Source of the DNA: an uncultured delta proteobacterium
GTDB lineage: Bacteria; Bdellovibrionota; FAC87; UBA2466
DNA: 64,000 nucleotides
Reading direction: 5' to 3'
Assembly (NCBI GenBank): GCA_963778115.1
Contig: CAVZSV010000006.1
Coordinates: forward strand, 128,001 to 192,000
This document shows positions 29,768 through 38,086 of the stretch, in pieces (the stretch's first letter is position 1; every line of letters begins with the position of its first letter). The notes under the pieces were generated by a model that searched no databases, was not told where the DNA came from, and was given only the letters and a program-made list of their open reading frames with translations. A program made the translations under genes and the position numbers.

Positions 29768-31205
29768 ATGTTGCGGGGTCTGTTTTTCTTATTCACTACA
29801 ATTAGTGTTTTTATTGTCCTGCTTTTTCCAGGCGAAGCTTTGGCTATCGACGGTATGACTCGGTGTGACAAGGAAGTTCGTTCACACCAATGGGTGGATT
29901 GGTTCTCCCATCCCACCGAGAAAAAAAGAATCGCTGGTGGGGGCGATAAGAAATCTTTCTTTGCATGAACGCTGGCGCGATGCCTTTGAAGATGCGATAT
30001 CGCTTCACTGGTTGCGCGAATTTCGCCGCCATAGAAATCTTGTCACCTTTGCCGTCGCCAATAATTTCCGAGACGTTCCGGCACATCTATTTAACGATTA
30101 CCAAAACTTTTTACGAAATCTTTTGATTCAAGGGCACACCATAGTCTACGACGCGGATGCTCTTTCTGCCGGTTGGATAGAAGCAATAGCGCCCCCGAAT
30201 CAAAGGCTGGGAATATCCGCAGCGCTATACCCTCGCTCTTGCGATGGCCCTGTGCTCTACGTGAATAATTCTTTTATTAGGCTCCGCCTTTTTTCCCTCT
30301 CTGACACTGTCATAGTGACTCCGCGCTCGACGGTGGGGGCGGCGCTTCTTATAGATGGTGGCGCACACCTGGTCTTTGATCCCACCAAGCGTTGGAAGCC
30401 TCTTAAGAAGCCAAAAAAGGAAGCAGAAGAAGAAAAGAAAGAGCGGGTACTTGGCCTTCGACTTCCTGAGAAACCGATTACCGAAATTACCGATTTCCTG
30501 AAGCGAGACAAACCTATTGCGTTGGACGGTAAGGTGGCCACCTTTGATCCGATGGCCTTGGTCTCAATGTTAGACAATACCGAGATCGTGGAGCTAATTC
30601 AGCACGCCGACTTGCAATTGGCGTTGGAAAACCGAATCGATGGTTTGGGCCCTTTACCTCCCCAAGATTTTCGCACGGTATTTATTGGCTGGTCGGCCAA
30701 TCACGAAGAGTTTAGACAGCTCGTTTATGACTCGGTAAGCGCAGTGGCGAGCTTGGGAATACCCGTCACCACGGGCGGAAGCGGAGGGTATATGGGAGTT
30801 GCCAACGAGGCGGCGTGGCGAGCGGGAGCTATCTCTATTGGAATTCCCTTTCTAGGACTGTCTCGTCTCTCACGCGAGCAAGAGGTTCCCACGCAATGGC
30901 ACACGCAAACGTTGGGCACACGCAGTTACGATGTGCGCATCCACTGTCTTTTGTATCGACAGAACCTCATTTTGGTCGGACCGGGCTCCACGGGAACATT
31001 ACAAGAATTGGCAGCCGCCCTGCTTGAAGTTCAGGCAAACTCCAGTCGAAACCACAAGTTCATCTTCTTAAGCCGATCTTTTTATGGACCGATGGTAGAT
31101 TGGCTGACCAAGCAGGTGCTGCCGACGGAAGTCAGTTCTCGCATTTCGATAATAGGGGACGCCAAAGAGATAACGAGCTTGATAACGAGGGAAAACGGCG
31201 GCTAA
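29768..31205 (+). pseudogene. LOG/SLOG family protein with signal peptide, split by a single frameshift in an A7 run (29921-29927)
   Basis: The upstream frame encodes signal peptide MLRGLFFLF...ALA. The downstream frame has TTGGSGGYM and GPGSTGTLQE and aligns with 26259-28094. Deleting one A joins them as ..HPTEKKESLVG.. Confidence 0.7.
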
Positions 31206-31228
31206 CAGGGGAAAATTTTTCTTTTTTT

Positions 31229-31238
31229 GGGGGGGGGG
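31229..31238 (+). repeat. G10 homopolymer immediately before an ATG, preceded by T7
   Basis: ctttttttggggggggggATG. Confidence 0.9.
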
Positions 31239-32729
31239 ATGAACGTGTTTCGAAAATTGGGACTGCTGTATTTTGTGATGGCCTTTGCCATAAACGGCTC
31301 GGGCGCCTTTGCGGCTTTCAATTTGGATGTAGAGAAATTATTGGAGCAACGGACGCGGCCGGTCATGCTGCGGATAGCCTCCCTATCCAGACACTACCCC
31401 ACCAATCCTTTTGTTCCCTCTTCTCGTCAGAGCTTTCGAATCAATTCGCTTCGTCAGCAGGATACCTTTCCCAAAGCTATCGCCGCTTTTGAGAAGGCTT
31501 TTGCCGGCGCTACCTATTATGGGTTGGGGCGCGATGCTTTTTTTGTGAGCGACGTCTTGGACGCCTTTTATCTGTCTATCGGCCAGGCGAATCGGGTGAG
31601 ACGGTTGAATGCCAGTAACCCTTCCTTCCATGTCGAAGAAGGACTTACGTATCAATTTCTAAAAACAGCGGGAATCGATGTGTCTCAAATCGAAGAAGGC
31701 TTTCCTCAAGTCATCGTCGATACGACAAGTTTTAGTCGGTACTACGGAGTGGGTGGAGGAGCTAGCCAAAGTGTCAGGGTCATCCAAGCAGGTTATAAGG
31801 AGTATGCAAGGCTCGGTAACGATCCCAGAAAGCTAGTTCGCTTCCTTAATTTTATATCGGTGGGAGGAACTTCGGCTTTTCCCGATATGACCAGCTCCAC
31901 CTTCGATTGGCAGGACTATGCGACGCGACAGATCAATAGTGCCAGCGAGAATGGTTTTGAGTTTCCTTACTTTTGTAACCTCTCCGACTTCACTTACACT
32001 CCGGGGTGGCACGGCCTGTTCGGCCCTTTTCAAAGAATGTCCAATGGTGAAGTCTTAGCTCCGTTGGGAGAACAAGCTTCGCGTCGCGAGAAACTCGAAA
32101 TTCTTGCCGAACAATTTGAGATTTGGCGAGTCGTGAGCGATCCGAAATTCCTAGGCGCGGTGGCGGTCGCAGCACGGCTTCAAGGGTTTGAATTTCCCAT
32201 CAAGCGAACGAGGGAACTAAAGCCCATTTCGGAAAGAGAAAGGGTTAGAACCCAAAAAGTATTGGAATGGGCAAACCAACAAGTTTCTGGATCACTCCAA
32301 GCGGATAAGCCGAAAAAATCTGGTAAGAAAAAGAAAACGGACTCTGAAATGTCCGAGCGGGGGTTGGAGTATTTGAAGCTCCTTGAGGGGTTCATCAAGG
32401 GCGAGGAGCCCGTCGCCCGATCCTTAGCGCTTATTCTGGAGGATTCCATCGTCGAGCCTGATACGTTAAATCGGTCCGATCTTCGCTCGCTATGTCTCCA
32501 AGCTTTTGCCGCTGTACCCCCCTATCGAAATCATCAACTCATAGCCACAGTGGGTAATTTAGCACTGAAGATTCCCGCCCTTCATGCGACGTTGCTAGAG
32601 GACACCTACAATTGCGATTTGGAGGGCAATAACGAAATCCGAGTCTATTCCAACCATAGAGATGTTTTAAAGTGGTTGGAATCTCCGCCACCCGAGACTT
32701 GCGCCGAGGGCGTTGCCGGGAAGGCCTAA
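31239..32729 (+). CDS. Secreted uncharacterised protein, PRTase-like family paralogue 3
   Basis: Signal peptide ending AFA; FAGATYYGLGRDA, LDAFYLSIGQ, VIVDTTSFS, WHGLFGPF, FEFPIKR. Confidence 0.75.
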   Translation: MNVFRKLGLLYFVMAFAINGSGAFAAFNLDVEKLLEQRTRPVMLRIASLSRHYPTNPFVPSSRQSFRINSLRQQDTFPKAIAAFEKAFAGATYYGLGRDAFFVSDVLDAFYLSIGQANRVRRLNASNPSFHVEEGLTYQFLKTAGIDVSQIEEGFPQVIVDTTSFSRYYGVGGGASQSVRVIQAGYKEYARLGNDPRKLVRFLNFISVGGTSAFPDMTSSTFDWQDYATRQINSASENGFEFPYFCNLSDFTYTPGWHGLFGPFQRMSNGEVLAPLGEQASRREKLEILAEQFEIWRVVSDPKFLGAVAVAARLQGFEFPIKRTRELKPISERERVRTQKVLEWANQQVSGSLQADKPKKSGKKKKTDSEMSERGLEYLKLLEGFIKGEEPVARSLALILEDSIVEPDTLNRSDLRSLCLQAFAAVPPYRNHQLIATVGNLALKIPALHATLLEDTYNCDLEGNNEIRVYSNHRDVLKWLESPPPETCAEGVAGKA

Positions 32730-32774
32730 AAGTCATATAACAGAAGCTCAATAATCGCTCCCAAGGAGTCTTCT

Positions 32775-33119
32775 ATGCACTTGGTTTATTATCTTATTCG
32801 GTGGGTAGTGGCCGCTTTGGCTCTTATGATTACGGCCTACGTGGTTCCTGGATTCAAGGTGAGAGATTTCTCGGCTGCCCTAATAGCCGCGATCGTCATT
32901 GGAATTGCTAACGTGCTTATTTGGCCGTTCTTGATGGTAATAACCCTGCCGTTAAACCTAATCACACTAGGATTATTTACCTTTGTGGTGAATGGGATCG
33001 TTCTTAAGTTGTGCGCTGCGGTATTGGAGGGTTTCAAGATCGACGGCTGGTTATCGGCGATTTTTGGGGCGATCATTCTTTCGCTATCTCAGACGTTTCT
33101 TCACTACCTTCTATTATGA
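32775..33119 (+). CDS. Phage-holin-like 4-TM membrane protein (YvlD family)
   Basis: VPGF.V, ITLPLNLITLGLFTFVVNG, IDGWLSAIFGAII. Confidence 0.85.
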   Translation: MHLVYYLIRWVVAALALMITAYVVPGFKVRDFSAALIAAIVIGIANVLIWPFLMVITLPLNLITLGLFTFVVNGIVLKLCAAVLEGFKIDGWLSAIFGAIILSLSQTFLHYLLL

Positions 33120-33887
33120 AACATCTCTTAGATCGCTAATCCAAATTCCCACGAATTCGCGAATGGCGAGTGTGGTAGCGGCGATGGCTCCCGCTTCAGG
33201 TAGAAAGCTTCGAAATCCAATCGGAGCAAAAGTAACTTGGTGGCCGGTGGGAACAGGGATGTAAGTGAGTGGCGTTCTTTTGGCTGCTTTCATGGTGCGT
33301 GCCATATGGTAGGCGCTTGTCACAAGAAGTACGGAATGGATCTGTCGGGCTTCCATGAGTTTTGCCGAGAAAGAGACATCCTGGAGGGTATTGCCTGAGT
33401 CGGTTTCGGTTAGGATGGCATCTTTCGGAATGCCCATATCGATTAGAATCTGCTTTTCGTCGTCAGCTTCCGTGTGCAGCCGGCCTTTCTGATCGTGATA
33501 AGGAGAACCTCCGGAAACCACAATGAGGTTTGCTTTTCCTAATTTAAACAATCGCGCTGCGGGTAAAAGTCGGCTGTCGCCCATCTCTTCCGATTCATGT
33601 CTTGGCCCTTGAACCACAGAAGCGCTACCGCCCAATACCAAAATAGCATCGGCGTGCGGATACTCTTCGATGGGTCGAGAAGGGTAGATTTGCTCTAAAT
33701 GCCCTACCAGTTCGTACGGAACGATCGCGATCGAGCTAAATAGCAAAATAAATGCGGAAACTGCCAGCCATCTTTTGGCGATATCCCAGCATCCACGGTG
33801 AAGGGCGAATGCAGCAGCACCTAGAGCAAATAGGCTCCAGTTCAGCGGGCCTATGAAGAACTGAACGAGATAGGAGAGGGAATGCAA
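33114..33887 (-). CDS. YdcF/ElyC (DUF218) family envelope protein
   Basis: DAILVLGG, VVSGG, E.DS.NT, LLVTSAYHMAR, REFVG; N-terminal TM segments. Confidence 0.9.
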   Translation of the reverse strand: MHSLSYLVQFFIGPLNWSLFALGAAAFALHRGCWDIAKRWLAVSAFILLFSSIAIVPYELVGHLEQIYPSRPIEEYPHADAILVLGGSASVVQGPRHESEEMGDSRLLPAARLFKLGKANLIVVSGGSPYHDQKGRLHTEADDEKQILIDMGIPKDAILTETDSGNTLQDVSFSAKLMEARQIHSVLLVTSAYHMARTMKAAKRTPLTYIPVPTGHQVTFAPIGFRSFLPEAGAIAATTLAIREFVGIWISDLRDVS

Positions 33888-34066
33888 GTGAGGGTCCTTT
33901 GACTCTTTAGTTTACCATATACTTTTGGGAGAGAGAGAGCTTATGTCACGAAGAGACGCGCCGCAATAGGAGGCGCCGGTTAAGCCCGACAATAGGATCA
34001 GTTGATCTTGGATTTGGCATCTCCTAAAGCAATCTTGTGATTTACCGATAAGGCGTAGGGGGGATT

Positions 34067-34729
34067 GTGTTCCTAAAAGACTATTTACTCAATCCGGTGA
34101 TTAAGCCTTTTGTCCGCGAAATCGATGCGGGGGCCTATCTCTTTCGTCAGGGGCAAGCCGGAAATTCGATGTACGTCATTTTGGATGGAATCGCCCAGCT
34201 CTATGACGAGTCTCAAGGTGAGTCTCACCTGATTGGAACTTTTGGGCCCGGACAATTCTTCGGTGAAAAAGCGATGCTTCCCGGCAGTGCCCATCAGCGC
34301 ATGTTTTCCGCTCAAGCGCTTATACAGACGACGGCTCTCGAAGTGGAGCTTGCGGACGTTGCCGTCATCCAAAGTGTCATTCCTGACTTCATGACCAAAA
34401 TGTTTCAGTTAGCGGCCCAGCGACTCGATCGAACGTACCAGATGATTCGAGTATTGCGTTCCCCCGACGATCTGGAAAAGATCATCCACTGTATTTTGTA
34501 TTTCTACCGTTGCCCGGGACTAGAAGGTTCCGGTTCTCGATTTGTCTCATTTACGATCGATGATTTGCACTATCTCTCGCCCCTCACTCGAGAACAGATA
34601 ACTTCTTGTTTGGATCAAATGATTCAACAGGGGATTATCGTGAAACGTCCCAACGATTGTTACCATTTGCGTGATGAGCGCAAACTGATACTGGCCCTTT
34701 CCACTCTGGTTGCCAATCGAGCGGCCTAA
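34067..34729 (+). CDS. Crp/Fnr family cyclic-nucleotide-binding regulator
   Basis: LFRQGQAGNSMYVILDG, GQFFGEKAM, R.FSAQA; C-terminal HTH-like segment. Confidence 0.85.
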   Translation: MFLKDYLLNPVIKPFVREIDAGAYLFRQGQAGNSMYVILDGIAQLYDESQGESHLIGTFGPGQFFGEKAMLPGSAHQRMFSAQALIQTTALEVELADVAVIQSVIPDFMTKMFQLAAQRLDRTYQMIRVLRSPDDLEKIIHCILYFYRCPGLEGSGSRFVSFTIDDLHYLSPLTREQITSCLDQMIQQGIIVKRPNDCYHLRDERKLILALSTLVANRAA

Positions 34730-35024
34730 GGCGTTCACCTCTCCTCGTAGCCGCTTGACCTTCTCAGCTACGGTTTTAAAGTCGTGCCGGGCCCCGGCGA
34801 TTTCCGAGCGAATTTTAGCACGGACTTTCTCAATAAGTCCTATGCTTGCGGACAGCTCGTTGTGGGTAAGCGCAACCCGCCGTCTCATCGCTAAGACTGT
34901 CTCAAAATTGAATCAATGCAATTAAATCCGCTACTAGTTCGTCTCAGAGAAAGCCAACCATTCTCGAGGTTTATAATTTCCCTTTTCGAGCAGCCTTGGC
35001 ACCTAAGATGCACAATAGTTCACC

Positions 35025-35963
35025 ATGCGTCGTAATCGGCCCAATCAGACTTCCCACACGGTTCGATCGGGCGATACTCTAGGAGATATCGCCCAAATCT
35101 ATTACGGAGACGCGAATGTGTGGAGTGAACTCGCCCGAGCGAATAGCCTTAGAAACCCCAATCTCATTCTTGTGGGCCAGCGACTCTTATTGCCTACGTT
35201 GCTGGAGAATAAGCCGGCGCCGGTTGCTAAGCCATCTCCGATTAGTCCGTCACCACCCCCCAGCCGTTTCATTCCTTATGCGTCTGCGATCGCCATGGAG
35301 TTTCCTGAAGTTTCGATTAGCCTCTCATCGGTTCCGCAAGTTCATTTTCTTTTGGGGCCGTACCGGGCAAGGCTTGAACTTAAGGGGAATCTTAAATTTC
35401 GAAAGAAAGGAACGGTTAGCCACTTTGCTATTTCAGACTTTGAAAAATTGGAGTTCACAGCGAAAGAGGAAGCACGTTTTGCGATGTTTGATTTAGCGAG
35501 GGAAGCAAAGCTGGAGTTTGATCCCGCAAAACGGACTCTCGAACTTAAATGTGGGCTTTCGATGACCTTGAAAACGAAGTATGGCATGACACAAACACAC
35601 AAATTGGAAGTTGGGGTGGGGACTCTTAAATTCTCATGTGAGCCGACACCAGTGAAGGGAACCTTTCGAGAGCTTGAAATTGAAGGAACTTTCGGTTGGG
35701 CGGTAACGATAGCGGGGGACAATCTCGGGAATTCGGCGGCCCCTGCTATCAGCCCAGCGCGCAGCCTTACTAATTCCTATCAATCAAACCCGCAACTCCT
35801 CATAGTAGTGGTGGCAACCGGAGTGATGGCGGCTATACTCATCGTAGTTACCCTTCCGGTAAGTGCTGCAGCTCTCGCTACCGCGGGGGTCGCTGTGGTT
35901 ACCTATGCGGCGGTGAAGCAATCTTTGGATAAACCGGTTCATCATTATCCCGGAGGAACTTAG
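35025..35963 (+). CDS. LysM-domain protein with C-terminal hydrophobic segment
   Basis: HTVRSGDTLGDIAQIYYGD..VWSELARANSLRNPNLILVGQRLLLP; Pro linker; about 40 aa hydrophobic C-terminal stretch. Confidence 0.8.
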   Translation: MRRNRPNQTSHTVRSGDTLGDIAQIYYGDANVWSELARANSLRNPNLILVGQRLLLPTLLENKPAPVAKPSPISPSPPPSRFIPYASAIAMEFPEVSISLSSVPQVHFLLGPYRARLELKGNLKFRKKGTVSHFAISDFEKLEFTAKEEARFAMFDLAREAKLEFDPAKRTLELKCGLSMTLKTKYGMTQTHKLEVGVGTLKFSCEPTPVKGTFRELEIEGTFGWAVTIAGDNLGNSAAPAISPARSLTNSYQSNPQLLIVVVATGVMAAILIVVTLPVSAAALATAGVAVVTYAAVKQSLDKPVHHYPGGT

Positions 35964-35965
35964 CT

Positions 35966-36349
35966 ATGAATTGTTGGACGCACACGGAACTTCCGAGCGA
36001 AGCTATCTGCAAATCATGTCAAAAACCGTATGATGGGCAATGCCTTATTCTCGTCGGAGAAACGGAGAAGGCTTATTGCAAGAGTTGCTATGAATTAACA
36101 CTAACGGCCATTCGTAGAGCAGAAGTGGTAGTAAGTCCGCTTCTTATAGTGGTCGGACTTGGTCTGCCCTTATTGTTTTGGCTTATCTATTCGCAGCCGG
36201 ACGGTGGCGCGATGTTATGTGGTTTTTCACTCATTTTTTGTTTTTGCCTAATGGGGCTTGCGATTCACTTTCGCAGATTTAGTAATTGGAAACGTTTTCG
36301 GATTCAAAAGCCATTTATTGAACCGACACCACCGAAGGGTTCTTTATGA
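35966..36349 (+). CDS. Small membrane protein with B-box-like zinc finger
   Basis: CxxH..CxxC..C..CxxC followed by two TM helices. Confidence 0.7.
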   Translation: MNCWTHTELPSEAICKSCQKPYDGQCLILVGETEKAYCKSCYELTLTAIRRAEVVVSPLLIVVGLGLPLLFWLIYSQPDGGAMLCGFSLIFCFCLMGLAIHFRRFSNWKRFRIQKPFIEPTPPKGSL

Positions 36350-36675
36350 AATGCTATGTTCACAAGGACAAAGAATCTCGAGGATTTTGCAAAGAATGCT
36401 CTAAACCTTTTTGCGAAAGTTGCCTGAAAGTCGAGGGAGAATTAGCCATTCCGCTCTGCTTTCGATGTAAGCCATTGGTTCAGTTGGCAACGCGAGAAGA
36501 AAGAAAGTGGAATATCGCACTAGCCACTCTGGGCTTTGCGCTATTTACCATTTACTCCTACGCGATTTTCGTTCGACACCTTAATCTTTCATCGGACGTT
36601 GCCAACGCCCTCTTTCCTTCTGCGGGTCTTGGGCTCTTATTCTTAGGGATCGCAAGATTAAAGGCCAATAAATAA
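36346..36675 (+). CDS. Small membrane protein with B-box-like zinc finger (paralogue)
   Basis: CYVH..CKEC..CESC..CFRC followed by two TM helices; ATGA overlap with the previous gene. Confidence 0.75.
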   Translation: MKCYVHKDKESRGFCKECSKPFCESCLKVEGELAIPLCFRCKPLVQLATREERKWNIALATLGFALFTIYSYAIFVRHLNLSSDVANALFPSAGLGLLFLGIARLKANK

Positions 36676-36702
36676 AAGGGAAGCCAGAATCTGGCTTCCC
36701 TT
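36676..36702. terminator. Probable bidirectional intrinsic terminator
   Basis: Perfect inverted repeat aagggaagccaga-a-tctggcttccctt between convergent genes, flanked by A/T-rich sequence. Confidence 0.8.
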
Positions 36703-36725
36703 ATTAAATTAAGAGTACAAGACGA

Positions 36726-37979
36726 TTACAAACGGTACGTGGCACCCAGACTAAGCGCATACTGGGTAACCGACGTCGTAAACGTATAAGGATTGCCGAG
36801 ACCATCGTTTCCACTGCGACTCAAGCTTGTGCTGGGGCAGTAGTAGCCCGCGGCATCGAGACTGAACTTCTCGCTGAATTTGTATCCCGCTCCCAGAGTA
36901 ATGTGAGTCGTGGTGATCCCCGGGAAAGCAAAGACATCCAAGATGTCCTGAGCTTGCGCCGAAATTTGGCGACCTTGGAAAGGAACGCTACCTGCATCAC
37001 CCGTTGTACTGTTCAAAGGATTCGTCGCGTAGCTAAATCCACCACGGAACGCCCACGCCTTTAGATGGTACTGACCGCCAAGCGAGAACACGCTTTGCGA
37101 CTGGAAAGCAAACTGATTATAGCCGTCCGCATGTCCCCATCTGATACTTCGGTAATCGAAAGTCAGATCTAAGTTTGCCACAGGGGTCACCGCGACTCCG
37201 AAAGCAATTTCATCGGGCTGTTGGATATTGACGTTATTCAAGGTGACGGCGCCAGGTGGGGGGAAGTTTAAGCAATCGATACAGATAAGATTGTTATAGG
37301 TGAAGCTAGATTCCGACGTATAGCTACCGCCGATCGTAACTCCTGGGACCGGCTGGAAGCTCGCGCCAATTTGAGCACCTAATCCCACGGCTCCGGAAGG
37401 AGATCGGGTAGTTTGTGGGCCTCCCATGGGCTCGGCGGCATCATTTAGAGCAAATCTTCCCCAAGTTACGTAGGGAGAAACTCCAATGCTGAAACGTTCA
37501 CCCGAATAAGAGATGGCCGGTGCAAATTTTACAAGACTAAGACTTTGTTTGGGTTGGAGCACTGTCGCAATCGCCGTGTAGTCCGAAGAGGCTCCGGCGT
37601 AAGGAAGGACTCCTAACCCCAGGGTCAGACGTTCGTTTAATCGATAGGTGGCCGATACATCAGGAATGAAATACGGACTAGAAGCGTTGTTAACGCCTCC
37701 GCTTCCGGGATTTGCGGTCTGATTCTGGGAGACCATTCCTACGTTGCCATCAAAAACCCACTGTCCGCTCTGGGTGGTCGTATATCCCAGTAGAGAGGGA
37801 TTTTTGTAGATGGCGTCCATTCCCGTCATCGGGAACGCCACTCCAGTGCCGCCCATGCCGACTGAAGTCGCTGAAAGCCCAATCGCGTTGGTGACGTAGG
37901 TTCCAAAAGCATTCATTGAAGTGGTGATGGCAAACGTGGTCACTGCCACGGCCAGCATAGTAAAGGATACTCGCTTCAT
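36726..37979 (-). CDS. OmpP1/FadL/TodX family outer-membrane transporter
   Basis: Signal peptide; GMGGTGVA...AIYKNPSLL; beta-strand pattern; terminal LGATYRL. Confidence 0.85.
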   Translation of the reverse strand: MKRVSFTMLAVAVTTFAITTSMNAFGTYVTNAIGLSATSVGMGGTGVAFPMTGMDAIYKNPSLLGYTTTQSGQWVFDGNVGMVSQNQTANPGSGGVNNASSPYFIPDVSATYRLNERLTLGLGVLPYAGASSDYTAIATVLQPKQSLSLVKFAPAISYSGERFSIGVSPYVTWGRFALNDAAEPMGGPQTTRSPSGAVGLGAQIGASFQPVPGVTIGGSYTSESSFTYNNLICIDCLNFPPPGAVTLNNVNIQQPDEIAFGVAVTPVANLDLTFDYRSIRWGHADGYNQFAFQSQSVFSLGGQYHLKAWAFRGGFSYATNPLNSTTGDAGSVPFQGRQISAQAQDILDVFAFPGITTTHITLGAGYKFSEKFSLDAAGYYCPSTSLSRSGNDGLGNPYTFTTSVTQYALSLGATYRL

Positions 37980-38086
37980 TATTTGTCTCCCCAGTAACGA
38001 AGTTAAAAGTGTTGGTAACTATAAGGGGGCTTTTTAGATAAGGCAACCTGACAAAAACCTGACGAAGCAGGAATGAGTCGACGACG

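Noticed and set aside
32775..33119. Holin-like gene as evidence of a prophage
   Set aside because: The YvlD-type family is common in chromosomes, and no phage structural, integrase or lysin genes are nearby.
34547..34888. Minus-strand coiled-coil-like 113-aa ORF
   Set aside because: It overlaps crp antisense by about 180 bp with no clear RBS or motif. It cannot be supported, though it is not excluded.
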